Counted from the stretch's first letter, positions 17,586 to 27,975 are shown. The stretch is DNA of 58,540 bases from Verrucomicrobiota bacterium (GCA_037131875.1 JBAXQF010000001.1:1-58540), one strand, 5' to 3'. Translations and numbers: made by a program. Notes: generated from the sequence alone by a model not told the origin.

Positions 17586-20500
17586 GTGATGACGCTGAAT
17601 ACCGACTTTTTCCTGCGACAAATGGATTACATCTATTTTGTCTATGGATTTGCGTTCATCGTTCTGGCGGCGGTATGCGCCATGTTGCAGCAGCGCAACA
17701 CGTTCCGGTTGCCGTGGATCTGGTTTGGGCTTTTCGGGTTGACCCACGGGGTGCACGAGTGGCTGGAGATGATGGTTTTGAGCTTGGGCGACTCCAAGCC
17801 CTTCGCCATCACGCGCATGGGGATCATGACGGTGGCGTTCGTCTTCCTGCTGGAATTCGCCCGCCAGGGCTGGTGCCAGTTGAAAGGCAAGGGGCCGGGG
17901 CGCTGGATTTTCCTCCCGATGCTGGCGTTTGTCGCCTGTGGGGCCAAATTTTTGGGCATCGCCGGCCTCTATGCGACCAGCTGTTATTCGCTCGGGTTTG
18001 TCGGAAGCTTGTGGACTGCGCGGACCTTGTATGATGCCGCCAATCGCAAGAAGGAGAACTCGGCTTATTTGAAGATCATGGCGTGGGCGATGGCGGTGTA
18101 TGCCTTTGCCGCCGGTTTGATCGTCCTGCCCGCGCCGTTCTTCCCCGCATCGGTGATCAATCAGGTCGTATTTTTGGAGTGGACGGGCATCCCCATTCAG
18201 GTGTTTCGCGCCATCCTTCCTTTGACCACCGCTGTGGCAATCTGGGGGTATTACCGGAAAAGCCGCCGGGAGATTGAGACGGTTCTCGGGCCTGACTCCC
18301 GGCACTACGGAGGAAGCCTCACGCTGATTCTTTTTGTCGTTCTGTTCGTGGGCTGGTACGGCGCGGAACAAACGGGCAAACAGGTGGAACGCCAGTATCG
18401 CCGTGAGCTTTTGCAGCAAGCCCATGTTTGCGCAACGGCGATTGGGCCCGATTCTATCCGAAACCTGACCGGCACTCCGGCGGATATCAACAGCCCGGAT
18501 CACCGTTGGCTGCGAGAGCGGTTGGTGTCCATCAAGGCGCCCGACACGACCTACCGCTGGCTGCGCATTGTGATCCAGAAGGGCGACAGGCTGGCCTTTT
18601 TGGTCGACTCCATTCCCGAGGCCGATCCGAACCACACGGTAGCCGGAGCGGTCTATTACAGACCGCCGCTGGGGCTGGCCCAAATCTTTCAAACCCGGCA
18701 AGCTGCGGTCGTGGGGCCGTATGTCGATGAATGGGGGAGGTTTGTTTCCGCATTCTCGCCCATCAGCGATCCGCAGACGGGCCGGGTCGTGGCGGTGCTG
18801 GGGATGGACATGGATGCCCTTGCGCTGGAGTTGATGGTGGGGCGGAACCGGAGCGCGGTCATTGTGATCACGCTGCTGGTGGCCATTCTCGTCATCGGCT
18901 TTCTCGTCGTGCGCCACCGCATGTGGGAATCCTCAATTTTCATCGCCGTCAGCGAGCGGCGCATGGCCGAGGCGCAACGCATTGCGCACTTGGGCAGTTG
19001 GGATTGGGACATCGTGACAAATCGCTTTGTCTGGTCGGACGAAGTTTACCGCATCCTGGGGCTTTCCCGAGGGGCCGTCTCGCCCTCCTATGAGCTTTTG
19101 ATCGACCGGGTGCACCCCGGCGACAAGGAGGTGGTCGCCGAAGTGCTGAAGCTTTCCCTGGAGCAAAAGAAGCCGTGCCGCCTTGAGGTGCGTTTGCTTC
19201 TGCCCGACAGCCGCGAGCGCGTCATCTTCATGCAGGGCGAGCCGCTGGCGGACATGAGCGGGGAGACGGCGCGCATGGCGGGGTCCATGCAGGACATCAC
19301 CGAGCGCAAGCGCATTGAGAACGAACTCTATTCCGCAAAAGCCGTGGCGGAAGAAGCCAACCGCGCAAAAAGCGAGTTTCTGGCCAACGTGAGCCATGAG
19401 ATCCGCACGCCCATGAACGGGGTGATCGGTCTGACGGGGCTGCTGTTGGAAACCGATCTGACCAAGGGGCAGCGCGACTACGCCCGAACTATCTCTGACA
19501 GCGCGGAAGCCCTCCTGCGGATCATCAACGACATCCTGGATTTTTCCAAGATCGAGGCGCAGAAGTTCACGCTCGATCCGGTGGATTTCGATCTCTCCAA
19601 AATGGTGGAAGACACCCTGGAAATCGGGGCCAAAGATGCCCATGCCAAAGGGGTGGAGCTTGCCAATTTTGTCAAACCCAACGTGCCGATCCACCTCCAC
19701 GGGGACGACGGGCGGCTGCGCCAAATCCTCTTCAACCTTGTCAGCAACGCCATCAAGTTCACCGAGAAAGGCGAAGTCTTTGTGCTGGTTTCCAAGGAGA
19801 GCGAAGACGCCACGCATGTCGTCCTGCGCTTTGAGGTCAAGGACACCGGCATCGGCATCTCCGAGGAAGAGCAGGCGCGTCTTTTCAAGGCATTCAGCCA
19901 GGCCGACGGCTCCACCACCCGCAAATACGGCGGCACCGGGCTCGGTTTGGCCATCTCCAAGCAGTTGACCCTCTTGATGGAGGGCGATATTGGAGTGACA
20001 AGCACCCCCTGCAAAGGCTCGACCTTCTGGTTTACCGTGCGGCTCGGCAAGCAGCCGGATCACGCGGCAAAAACAACCCCTGCAAGGCGGGCTGACCTGA
20101 CCGGGTTGCGTGTGTTGGTGGTGGATGACAATGCGACCAACCTCCACATTCTGGATCATCATCTTTCTTCCTGGCGCATGAACCCCACGTGCGTTTCCAG
20201 CGCGCGGGAGGCGCTCGCCCTGTTGCAGTGCGCGACGGCGGGAGCCAAATATGATCTGGTCATCACCGATATGCAGATGCCCGGCATGGACGGCCTGATG
20301 ATGGCGCGCACGCTTCAATCCGACCCGCTGGTCGCGGGCATCCCCGTGATCATCCTGACTTCCATGGGCCTCTCCCCGGACGACGAATTTGCAAAGGCGG
20401 GCATCCGTGCGGCGCTCGTCAAGCCGGTCAAACAATCGCAGCTCTTTGACTGCATCGCCGACGTCATGGGAGAGACGTTGGAAAAAGCGGAGACGCCCCC

Positions 20501-20933
20501 GGCTCGGCCCGAGCCTTTGGCGCCGCCTTCAGCCGCGTTGAAAAAGGTGCGGATTCTGCTCGCGGAAGACAACAAGGTGAACCAGATGGTCGCCTTGGGG
20601 CAGTTGAAAAAGCTCGGGTATGTGGCAGACATCGCCGAGAGCGGCCCTCAAGTTCTCGCCACGCTGGCGCATACGCCTTATGACATCGTTTTGATGGATT
20701 GCCAGATGCCTGAACTGGACGGCTACGAAACCACGCGCAGGATTCGTTCCACCCCGGGTTTTCCGCAGCCCTACATCATCGCAATGACCGCGCATGCAAC
20801 CCAAGGCTCCGAGGAACAGTGCCGGGAAGCCGGGATGGACGATTACATCAGCAAACCGGTGCAGTTGGATCGCTTCGCCGCAGCGCTTGCCCGGGGACTC
20901 CCCGCGCTCGCTCATACCATCTCTCACAAATAA
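17586..20933 (+). CDS. Hybrid sensor histidine kinase with multi-TM N-domain, periplasmic sensor, PAS, HisKA, HATPase and two REC domains
   Basis: H-box [10 protein letters not shown]; NAIKFT, DTGIGI and GGTGLGLAI boxes; receivers with DMQMPGMDG and [10 protein letters not shown]. The last about 7 codons lie inside a foldback repeat. Confidence 0.9.
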   Translation: MMTLNTDFFLRQMDYIYFVYGFAFIVLAAVCAMLQQRNTFRLPWIWFGLFGLTHGVHEWLEMMVLSLGDSKPFAITRMGIMTVAFVFLLEFARQGWCQLKGKGPGRWIFLPMLAFVACGAKFLGIAGLYATSCYSLGFVGSLWTARTLYDAANRKKENSAYLKIMAWAMAVYAFAAGLIVLPAPFFPASVINQVVFLEWTGIPIQVFRAILPLTTAVAIWGYYRKSRREIETVLGPDSRHYGGSLTLILFVVLFVGWYGAEQTGKQVERQYRRELLQQAHVCATAIGPDSIRNLTGTPADINSPDHRWLRERLVSIKAPDTTYRWLRIVIQKGDRLAFLVDSIPEADPNHTVAGAVYYRPPLGLAQIFQTRQAAVVGPYVDEWGRFVSAFSPISDPQTGRVVAVLGMDMDALALELMVGRNRSAVIVITLLVAILVIGFLVVRHRMWESSIFIAVSERRMAEAQRIAHLGSWDWDIVTNRFVWSDEVYRILGLSRGAVSPSYELLIDRVHPGDKEVVAEVLKLSLEQKKPCRLEVRLLLPDSRERVIFMQGEPLADMSGETARMAGSMQDITERKRIENELYSAKAVAEEANRAKSEFLANVSHEIRTPMNGVIGLTGLLLETDLTKGQRDYARTISDSAEALLRIINDILDFSKIEAQKFTLDPVDFDLSKMVEDTLEIGAKDAHAKGVELANFVKPNVPIHLHGDDGRLRQILFNLVSNAIKFTEKGEVFVLVSKESEDATHVVLRFEVKDTGIGISEEEQARLFKAFSQADGSTTRKYGGTGLGLAISKQLTLLMEGDIGVTSTPCKGSTFWFTVRLGKQPDHAAKTTPARRADLTGLRVLVVDDNATNLHILDHHLSSWRMNPTCVSSAREALALLQCATAGAKYDLVITDMQMPGMDGLMMARTLQSDPLVAGIPVIILTSMGLSPDDEFAKAGIRAALVKPVKQSQLFDCIADVMGETLEKAETPPARPEPLAPPSAALKKVRILLAEDNKVNQMVALGQLKKLGYVADIAESGPQVLATLAHTPYDIVLMDCQMPELDGYETTRRIRSTPGFPQPYIIAMTAHATQGSEEQCREAGMDDYISKPVQLDRFAAALARGLPALAHTISHK

Positions 20934-21200
20934 CCGGACTCTGTGGATGATATGAAAGTCTTTTCCTGAGCGCCAACGGCGCGGCTTCATACCAGCCTGG
21001 GGCAAAGCCCCAGGATCCGGAGTGAAAAAACGCCAGGGCTGAAAGCCCGTACCATAACCGTCGCGCAAAATGGTGCGGGCCTACAGCCCTGATGCTCTCG
21101 TGCTGAGAGTCCTGGGCCTGCGCTTCGCTCCAGCCCAGGCTGTTATGGAGCCGCGCCGTTGGCGCTCAAGAGTCTGTTTATTTTTGGGAGATGGTATCAG
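20911..21200. repeat. About 290-bp foldback (long imperfect palindrome) element
   Basis: 20911-20940 matches the reverse complement of 21171-21200 at 25/30. gagcgccaacggcgcggcttcata is inverted as tatggagccgcgccgttggcgctc. The inner arms also pair. Confidence 0.8.
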
Positions 21201-21255
21201 GGGTCGTTGTTCCCCTCGCTCCCAAAGTAATTGGGAATAAAGAAACGTGGGGGCA

Positions 21256-21289
21256 ACAAAAAAGGCCCACCGTTTCCGGTGAGCCTTTT
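21256..21289 (-). terminator. Rho-independent terminator of the RRM gene (A/T tracts on both sides)
   Basis: aaaggcccaccg tttc cggtgagccttt. On the minus-strand RNA the hairpin is followed by UUUUUUG. Confidence 0.65.
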
Positions 21290-21311
21290 GAGTTGAATCG
21301 AACGAACCGGA

Positions 21312-21851
21312 TTAACGGCTGTCGCGGACGTCGCTGGTCTTCGCTCCGCTAATGACGAGGCGGCGGCCCATGAACTCCTTGTCGTGGAGTTCCGTGACGG
21401 CGCGCTTGGCTTCGTCCACGCTCGCCATGGTCACAAACGCAAAGCCCTTGGACTTCTGCGTTTCGCGGTGGCTGACGATCTCGGCGTTGGTTACAGAGCC
21501 GACTCCGGCGAACAGCTCGAAGAGGTCGCTTTCCACGGCGTCAAACGAGAGGTTGCCGACATACACCTTCGGAGAGGTGACTTCGACGAGTTCCGGTTTG
21601 CGTGCGGGTTTGGATTCCGCGGTTTTCTCAACGGTGATGCGGCTGCGTCCGTTGGCGGGCGCTGCGGCGCGGGCTGCGCTCTTTGCGGCGGGTTTGCCGG
21701 TGAAGAAGGCGAGGAGGCGGGCAAAGAAGCCGGGCTTCTTGGCGGGCACTCTGGATGTGGAACTGCTTGCGGTGGAGGAGTCGCGACGACCCCCGGTGTG
21801 GCGACGGCCCCCGCGACGGCGGCGGCTTGTCTGCTGACTATCTGATCTCAT
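21312..21851 (-). CDS. RRM (RNP-1) RNA-binding protein with Arg/Ser/Ala-rich N-terminal region
   Basis: RNP2 VYVGNL and RNP1 KGFAFVTM at the C-terminus. A GTG start at 21875 is possible; I prefer the ATG at 21851. Confidence 0.8.
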   Translation of the reverse strand: MRSDSQQTSRRRRGGRRHTGGRRDSSTASSSTSRVPAKKPGFFARLLAFFTGKPAAKSAARAAAPANGRSRITVEKTAESKPARKPELVEVTSPKVYVGNLSFDAVESDLFELFAGVGSVTNAEIVSHRETQKSKGFAFVTMASVDEAKRAVTELHDKEFMGRRLVISGAKTSDVRDSR

Positions 21852-22281
21852 GTGGACTTGCTTTTCAATGCGCACTTATTAAGGCGTGCGGTGTGTTGCT
21901 TTCTGGCGGCGAAGCGCATTCGAGATGCACGGATCAGCCGAACGGGCGCCCGCGTGTTCATTCCGGACGACGACCGTTGGCTGAAAGACTTCGCCAGGTC
22001 GTGGAGGGGCGTGGCAGCTTAAAGCAGCAGCGCCGTGGGTCATGCTCCGGTCTTGCGGCGAGCGAACTGGCCGCAGGAGAACGGGAGACTCGGTTTTCTT
22101 GAGGGGGGTCGCTTGCTAGAAGACCCGAAAAACCGCGACACCGCGAGCTGCAAGGCTCAAGCAGGCTGGCCCGACAACAGGGAACCATTAGCGCGGAATG
22201 GCCTCCAGTGCAAGGGGTTTTATTCCAAGGCCCCTTTCGCCGAACTGGTTTTCTTTGCTGCGCCGCGCTAGGATGCCCTTC

Positions 22282-22659
22282 ATGCGACTTGATCAATGGC
22301 TTTGGGCCGTGCGCCTGTACAAAACCCGCAGTTTGGCTGTGGAGGCGATCAAAGGCGGGCACGTGAAGCTCAACGGCGCGGCGACCAAACCGGCGCACGA
22401 GGCGAAGCCGGGCGATTTGGTGACGGCGCGCGTCGGGGTGGTGACGCGGACGTTGCGTGTTCTCGATGCGCCGCGCTCGCGCGTGGCTGCAAAGTTGGTG
22501 GCGCTCTATGCGGAGAATCTCACGCCGCCGGAGGAGTTCGAGAAGCAACGGGCCGTGGAGTTCCGCCCCCTGGCCGCGCGCCCCAGAGGCTCCGGTCGCC
22601 CAACCAAACGCGAGCGGCGCTTGATGGAGGGATGGGCAGGGGAGGAAGCGGCTTCTTGA
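22282..22659 (+). CDS. hslR: S4-domain RNA-binding protein (Hsp15/HslR-like)
   Basis: MRLDQWLWAVRLYKTRSLAVEAIKGGHVKLNG S4 motif and a basic C-terminal tail. Confidence 0.75.
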   Translation: MRLDQWLWAVRLYKTRSLAVEAIKGGHVKLNGAATKPAHEAKPGDLVTARVGVVTRTLRVLDAPRSRVAAKLVALYAENLTPPEEFEKQRAVEFRPLAARPRGSGRPTKRERRLMEGWAGEEAAS

Positions 22660-22663
22660 TCGC

Positions 22664-23836
22664 CTACTTCCGCACTTCCTGACAAAACTCCCCAATCCGC
22701 TCCATCGCGATCTTGATCTCGTCCAGGCTCGTCGCGTAGCTGCACCGCACAAAGCCTTCGCCGCTCGCGCCAAAGGCTCCGCCGGGAACGCACGCGACCT
22801 TCTTTTCCTTGAGCAGGCGAAGCGAGAACTCTTTGCTGGTGAGGCCGGTGCTGGTGATGTTGGGGAAGGCGTAGAACGCGCCGAGCGGCAGGATGCAATC
22901 CAGCCCCATGTCGTTGAGGCTGCGCACAATGAAGTTGCGGCGCGCCTCGTATTTGCCGCGCATGCTTTCCACGGCGGTCGCGCCGTTTTCGAGCGCCTCA
23001 AGGGCGGCGTCCTGGGCGGTGGAGGCCGCGCAGAGGATGCCGTATTGGTGGATCTTCATCATCGCGTCCGTGAGCGGCGCGGGGGCGCAGGCGTAGCCGA
23101 TGCGGAAGCCGGTCATGGCGAACGCCTTGGAAAACCCGTGCAGAAACACCGTGCGCTCACGCATGCCCGGCAGGGAGGCGATGGAGACGTGCTCCGCGCC
23201 ATCGTAGGTCAGTTCGCTGTAGATTTCATCCGAGAGGACAATGAGATCATGCTTCACACAGAGCTTGGCGATCTTGGTGAGTTCCTCGCGGGTTTGCGTG
23301 CCGCCGGTCGGGTTCGTCGGGAAATTGAGCATCAGCACCCGGCTGCGGGGCGTGATCTTTTCGGCAATCGCCTTGGCCGTGACGCGGAACTGCTCCTTCG
23401 CGCGCGTGGCAACGGGCACCGGAACGCCGTGGGAGAGCACAACGCTCGGGTTATAGCTCACGTAGCATGGCTCGTGGTAGAGGACTTCGTCGCCGGGATT
23501 CAAGAGGGCGCGCAGGGCCAGGTCGATCGCCTCGGAGACGCCGACGGTGACGATCACCTCGCTCTGCGGATCATAGGCCACGTCGAAACGCTTCTCGACA
23601 TATTTGGCGATGGCCGCGCGCAGGGCGGGCGCGCCGAGATTGGATGTGTAATGCGTGCGGCCTTGCTCCAGAGAGTAGATGGCGGCCTCGCGGATGTGCC
23701 AGGGCGTGTCGAAGTCCGGCTCACCGATGCCGAGCGAGATGACGTCCGTCATGCTCTGCACAACTTCAAAGAAGTCGCGGATCCCGGATTTCGGGATCGG
23801 CTTGACGTGGCGGGCGATGTGACGTTGGAAGTCCAT
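22664..23836 (-). CDS. PLP-dependent aminotransferase class I/II (aspartate aminotransferase-like)
   Basis: SKAFAMTGFRIGY PLP-lysine motif, NPTGG, about 390 aa. Confidence 0.9.
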   Translation of the reverse strand: MDFQRHIARHVKPIPKSGIRDFFEVVQSMTDVISLGIGEPDFDTPWHIREAAIYSLEQGRTHYTSNLGAPALRAAIAKYVEKRFDVAYDPQSEVIVTVGVSEAIDLALRALLNPGDEVLYHEPCYVSYNPSVVLSHGVPVPVATRAKEQFRVTAKAIAEKITPRSRVLMLNFPTNPTGGTQTREELTKIAKLCVKHDLIVLSDEIYSELTYDGAEHVSIASLPGMRERTVFLHGFSKAFAMTGFRIGYACAPAPLTDAMMKIHQYGILCAASTAQDAALEALENGATAVESMRGKYEARRNFIVRSLNDMGLDCILPLGAFYAFPNITSTGLTSKEFSLRLLKEKKVACVPGGAFGASGEGFVRCSYATSLDEIKIAMERIGEFCQEVRK

Positions 23837-23930
23837 GGAAAAAGAGGGCTAATATGCGGAACGTCCGGCCAGAATACAAGCGCGTTCAGCACCCATGGCA
23901 AACGCACATCTAGGTTGAAGGCAAAAGAGG

Positions 23931-24054
23931 ATCAGGAACTCAGGAAGACAGGAAAAGAATGAAGCCTTTTTGGAAAACTCTATCCTCTCCCAGCTAAAAT
24001 ACCGGCTCTGAAGAGGTTGCTTCTGTCTTTTTCCTGCTTTCCTGAGTTCCTGAT
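23931..24054. mobile_element. MITE-like element with 28-bp TCAGGAA-type terminal inverted repeats
   Basis: atcaggaactcaggaagacaggaaaaga is inverted at 24026-24054. The core is about 70% identical, by eye, to the reverse complement of the core of 29118-29257. Confidence 0.7.
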
Positions 24055-24163
24055 AGATTTTTGATGTGATGGCTTCAGGGCCCAAGTCCGATCAAGCAAC
24101 TTGGCAACGAGGCGAAAAATATCTTTCGCCTTTGCCTTGTTCCTGTTTTTCTTAGCGGTTCAT

Positions 24164-24448
24164 ATGAACGCCGAATTTGATGTACGCTATACGGCCGGTC
24201 TGGCCCGGTTGCACTTGAGCGAGGAAGAGATCGCCAAGTTCCAGGCGCAGCTCTCCCAGGTGCTGGAGTATGTTGAGAAACTCAAGGTCGTCGATGTCTC
24301 CCAAGTGGAAGCCACCGCCCACGCCAACCCGGTCTTCAACGTCGTCCGCGAAGACGAGCCGCGTGATTGGTTCACCCCGCAGGAAGCGCTGGCCAACGCG
24401 CCGCGCCAGGTCAACGGCCTCTTCAGCGTTCCCAAAGTGATCGAGTAG
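24164..24448 (+). CDS. gatC: Asp/Glu-tRNA amidotransferase subunit C
   Basis: ARLHLSEEEIAKFQAQLSQVLEYVEKL...V pattern. Directly upstream of gatA. Confidence 0.85.
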   Translation: MNAEFDVRYTAGLARLHLSEEEIAKFQAQLSQVLEYVEKLKVVDVSQVEATAHANPVFNVVREDEPRDWFTPQEALANAPRQVNGLFSVPKVIE

Positions 24449-24461
24449 AAATCCTCACGCC

Positions 24462-25913
24462 ATGTCCCTCACCTCCCTTTCCGTTTCCGAACTCCAGGCG
24501 CAACTCCGCTCCAAGGCCGTCTCCCCCGTGGAGGCGCTTGAGACGCTTGAAAGCCGCATCGCCGCCATCGACCCGGCCATCGGCGGCTATCTCGCCCGCG
24601 ATTTCCAGGCCGCCCTTGCCGCCGCAAAGGTGGCCGACGTCAGCCTGCCGCTGGGCGGCGTGCCCATCGCCATCAAGGATGTCATCAACGTCCGGGGCGA
24701 ACAATGCACCTGCGGCTCCAAAATGCTCCAGGGCTACATCGCCCCCTACGACGCCACGGTCATCACCCGGCTCAAGGCCGCTGGCGCGATCCCATTTGGC
24801 CGGGTGAACATGGATGAGTTCGCCATGGGCTCCTCCTGCGAAAACTCCGCCTACCAAATCACCCGCAACCCGTGGGATCTCTCGCGCATTCCCGGCGGCT
24901 CCAGCGGCGGATCGGCGGCGGTCGTTGCGGCGGACGAAGCCTTCGCCGCCCTCGGCAGCGACACCGGCGGCTCCATTCGCCAACCTGCCGCGCTCTGCGG
25001 TTGCGTGGGCCTCAAACCCAGCTACGGACGCGTCTCGCGCTTTGGGCTCGTCGCGTTCGCCTCCTCGCTCGACCAGATCGGCCCCTTCACCAAGACCGTG
25101 CGCGACAGCGCGCTGCTGCTCAACGCCATCTCCGGGCGCGACCCGATGGATTCCACCTCGCTCGACGAAGCGGTGCCGGATTACACCGCGCAGCTCGGCC
25201 GGGATCTCAAGGGCGTGCGCCTCGGGATGCCCAAGGAATATTTTGTGGGCGGCACCGACCCGCAGGTGGACAAAGCCGTGCGCGCCGCCATCGCCCACTA
25301 CGAATCGCTCGGGGCGGAGATCGTCGAGATTTCCCTACCGCATACGGAATACGCCGTGGGCGTCTACTACATCATCGCCACGGCGGAAGCCTCCGCCAAC
25401 CTCGCGCGCTTCGACGGCGTGCGCTACGGCCACCGCACGGCAGAAGCGTCCAATATCATTGAACACTATGGGCGCACCCGTGAGGAAGGCTTCGGAGCGG
25501 AAGTCAAACGCCGCATCATCCTGGGCACCTACGTTCTGAGCAGCGGCTACTACGACGCCTACTACCTGCGCGCGCAGAAAGTGCGCACGTTGATCCGCCA
25601 GGACTTCACCCGCGCGTTCGAGCAAGTGGACGCCATCATCTGCCCGACTTCCCCCGAACCGGCCTTCAAAATTGGCGACCGCTCCGACGACCCGATGCGA
25701 ATGTATCTGGCGGATATTTTCACCATCGCGGTCAACCTCGCAGGCGTTTGCGGCATCAGCCTCCCGTGCGGGTTCGCCCAGGTGGAAGGAAAGCCGCTTC
25801 CCGTGGGGCTCCAACTTATCGGCAAGCCGTTCCAGGAAAGCGAACTGCTGAAAATCGCCCATGCCTACGAGCAAAGCACGGAATGGCACAAAGCCCGTCC
25901 CGCCATCGGGTAG
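24462..25913 (+). CDS. gatA: Asp/Glu-tRNA amidotransferase subunit A
   Basis: Amidase signature GGSSGGSAAVVAA...GSDTGGSIRQPA. Confidence 0.95.
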   Translation: MSLTSLSVSELQAQLRSKAVSPVEALETLESRIAAIDPAIGGYLARDFQAALAAAKVADVSLPLGGVPIAIKDVINVRGEQCTCGSKMLQGYIAPYDATVITRLKAAGAIPFGRVNMDEFAMGSSCENSAYQITRNPWDLSRIPGGSSGGSAAVVAADEAFAALGSDTGGSIRQPAALCGCVGLKPSYGRVSRFGLVAFASSLDQIGPFTKTVRDSALLLNAISGRDPMDSTSLDEAVPDYTAQLGRDLKGVRLGMPKEYFVGGTDPQVDKAVRAAIAHYESLGAEIVEISLPHTEYAVGVYYIIATAEASANLARFDGVRYGHRTAEASNIIEHYGRTREEGFGAEVKRRIILGTYVLSSGYYDAYYLRAQKVRTLIRQDFTRAFEQVDAIICPTSPEPAFKIGDRSDDPMRMYLADIFTIAVNLAGVCGISLPCGFAQVEGKPLPVGLQLIGKPFQESELLKIAHAYEQSTEWHKARPAIG

Positions 25914-25970
25914 CCGCTGGCAAGGAAGCATGACATTGCATTGAGGCCCCCGCCTCGCATCCAACATTTT

Positions 25971-26603
25971 ATGAGCGTTCTTTTTTTCAAGCGATTTCTG
26001 GCCCGTCCCCTGCAGATCGCGTTCCTTGTCCCGAGTTCCAAGACGCTGGCCCGCAAAGTGGCTGAAAAATGCGATTTCTCGCAGCCCAAAATTCTCGTCG
26101 AACTGGGGCCGGGAGACGGGCCGCATACCCGGGAAATTGTCCGCCGGATGCACCCCGACTCGCGCCTGTTTCTTTTCGAAATCGACCCGGTGCTCGCCGA
26201 GGTCATGCGCAAGCAGTTCGCCCATGACAGCCGGGTGGAGGTGATCGAAACCGATGCCGCTCACCTCAAAGAGGAACTGGGCAAACGCGGCCACGAATTT
26301 TGCGACTACGTCATCTCCGGCCTCCCGTTCTCCATGTTCAACGTGCCGACCAAGCGGCGGCTTTTGCACGCAATCTACGAATCGCTGGCGCCCAATCCCC
26401 ATGCCGCCTTTGTCACCTACCAGTGCACCCATGAACTCAGGCGTCACGCCACCATGTTCCCGCGCGTCCACGCGGATTTCTGCCTGCGCAATTTCCCGCC
26501 CATCTTCGTCTACGTCTACCACAAGCAGGCGCTCAACGGCCACCACAACGGAAGCCCCTGCGGCTGCGGCCATAACCACCACGGCGTCAACGGCCACGGG
26601 TAG
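25971..26603 (+). CDS. Class I SAM-dependent methyltransferase (phospholipid N-methyltransferase/COG3963-like) with His/Cys-rich tail
   Basis: VELGPGDG motif I and VISGLPFSMF. C-terminal NGHHNGSPCGCGHNHHGVNGHG. Confidence 0.7.
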   Translation: MSVLFFKRFLARPLQIAFLVPSSKTLARKVAEKCDFSQPKILVELGPGDGPHTREIVRRMHPDSRLFLFEIDPVLAEVMRKQFAHDSRVEVIETDAAHLKEELGKRGHEFCDYVISGLPFSMFNVPTKRRLLHAIYESLAPNPHAAFVTYQCTHELRRHATMFPRVHADFCLRNFPPIFVYVYHKQALNGHHNGSPCGCGHNHHGVNGHG

Positions 26604-26613
26604 AAAAAGGATA

Positions 26614-26706
26614 TCGCGCAAAGAACGCCAAGGCCGCAAAGAGGATGAGCGGCCAGGGAACGGAAGTTTTTTAACGCCTTTGCGTTCTTTGCGGCCCCTT
26701 GCGCGA
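26614..26706. repeat. CGCAAAG-type hairpin repeat between convergent genes
   Basis: tcgcgcaaagaacgccaaggccgcaaagagg is inverted as cctttgcgttctttgcggccccttgcgcga. Confidence 0.75.
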
Positions 26707-26708
26707 AA

Positions 26709-26918
26709 TCACTCCTCCGGCTGATCCAGCGCCGGGCCGGTGCGATCCGCGTAGTCTTCAAGGTGATCCGGCGTCAGCGGCTCGGAAATTTTGTAGTCCT
26801 CCGTAAACCAGTTCCCAAGATCAACCCGCTTGCACCGGATCGAACAAAACGGCCCCATCGGATCGGCAAAAAAATCACTCTCTCGTCCGCAAATCGGGCA
26901 TTTGATGGGTGTGGGCAT
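26709..26918 (-). CDS. yacG: DNA gyrase inhibitor YacG (zinc finger)
   Basis: MPTPIKCPICG...FCSIRCKRVDLGNW, 69 aa. Only the 3-prime part of the long tracked ORF is real. Confidence 0.8.
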   Translation of the reverse strand: MPTPIKCPICGRESDFFADPMGPFCSIRCKRVDLGNWFTEDYKISEPLTPDHLEDYADRTGPALDQPEE

Positions 26919-26996
26919 GCCAAAATCATAGCTCTTCTTGCGCCCATCTGCAACGGGACGTTGACGCGGGGAGCCCGACCTGCCTAGGGTAACGCG

Positions 26997-27701
26997 ATGC
27001 TCCCGGAAATCGAAAAACTTCTTGTTCTGCAGGATCGCGACCAGCGGATCAAAACCCTCAAGACCGAACTCAAAAACGCTCCCATCGAGCGCAAAGATTT
27101 GGAGACACGCCTCGCCGCCACCGCCGCCGGAGCTGAAAAAGCCAAGGCCAGCCTGCGCGAGCTGGAGGTCGAAAAGAAGCGCCTCGAAGTGGAGGCCCAG
27201 AGCAAGCGCGACCAGATCAACCGCTTTAAAACCCAGCAGATGCAGACGCGCAAGAATGAGGAATTCCAAGCGCTCGGCAACGAAATTGCCCACTTCGAGA
27301 AAGAGATCGGCAAGATCGAAGATCGCGAACTGGAAGTCATGGAGGCGATCGAAGCCGCCAAGCCTGTGCTTGCCGACGCGGAACGCGCCGTCGCCGAAGC
27401 CCGGAGCCGGGTGGCCGCGCAGATTGCCGATCTCGAAGCCAAAATCGCCACCCTCAACGAGACCCTCAAAACGACGGAAGCCGAACGCGCCTCGCTCACA
27501 GGCGGCATCGACGAAGACCTTCTGGATCAATACAACCGCCTCTTCGCCTCCAAGGGCGGCAACGCCGTCGTCTCCCTGGAACACGAGGTTTGCACCGGCT
27601 GCCACATGAAACTGACCACGCAAACGCTCGTGCGCGTGCGCGGCGGAAAAGAGATCACCCACTGCGAACAGTGCGGGCGGATCTTGTATTGGGTGGTGTA
27701 A
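26997..27701 (+). CDS. Coiled-coil protein with C-terminal C4 zinc ribbon (COG1579/DUF164 type)
   Basis: Long heptad-rich region, then CTGCHMKL...CEQCGRILY. Confidence 0.8.
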   Translation: MLPEIEKLLVLQDRDQRIKTLKTELKNAPIERKDLETRLAATAAGAEKAKASLRELEVEKKRLEVEAQSKRDQINRFKTQQMQTRKNEEFQALGNEIAHFEKEIGKIEDRELEVMEAIEAAKPVLADAERAVAEARSRVAAQIADLEAKIATLNETLKTTEAERASLTGGIDEDLLDQYNRLFASKGGNAVVSLEHEVCTGCHMKLTTQTLVRVRGGKEITHCEQCGRILYWVV

Positions 27702-27705
27702 CAGA

Positions 27706-27975
27706 GGGATTCGCAGATGCTCCTCGTTCCCAAGCTCCAGCTTGGGAACGCCCTTGTCCCCGAGGCTCCAGCCTCGCAAGCGTGGACGCGGATTGAACGT
27801 GCGATTTTACCCGGCGACATTGCGAAGTCGGAGCTTCGAAGAGATCGGCATTACCAATGCTGGAGCCTGGTAACGAGAATAAAATATTGCCCGCACGCGT
27901 GATCTGTAGATCACGATTTTCGAATCGGAGATTCGCAGACAATGACATTCCCAATCGGGAGATTGGGAACCAGGT
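27706..27975. repeat. Cluster of at least seven back-to-back short palindromes (BIME-like mosaic)
   Basis: The palindromes are at 27725-27750, 27761-27776, 27823-27838, 27851-27873, 27898-27915, 27921-27935 and 27948-27969. The unit gattcgcaga-N-TTCCCAA hairpin is present twice. Confidence 0.75.

Noticed and set aside
16206-20435. Long minus-strand ORFs (16206-17450, 17550-18917, 18933-20435)
   Set aside because: They are shadows of proA and the hybrid kinase gene. They are Arg/Gly/His-rich with no domain signatures.
21876-22281. Search for tRNA, tmRNA, RNase P or SRP RNA in the largest gene-free gaps (also 20934-21311, 28897-29316 and 47791-48160)
   Set aside because: I could find no T-loop GTTCRANYC with flanking complementary stems, no RNase P or SRP conserved boxes, and no CCA-ending acceptor structures by eye. 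A covariance-model scan would be needed for certainty.
24423-27779. Minus-strand ORFs 24423-25298, 25335-26639 and the upstream 860 nt of ORF 26709-27779
   Set aside because: They are antisense to gatA, the methyltransferase gene and the zinc-ribbon gene. Only the last 210 nt (yacG) of the third ORF has a recognisable protein.
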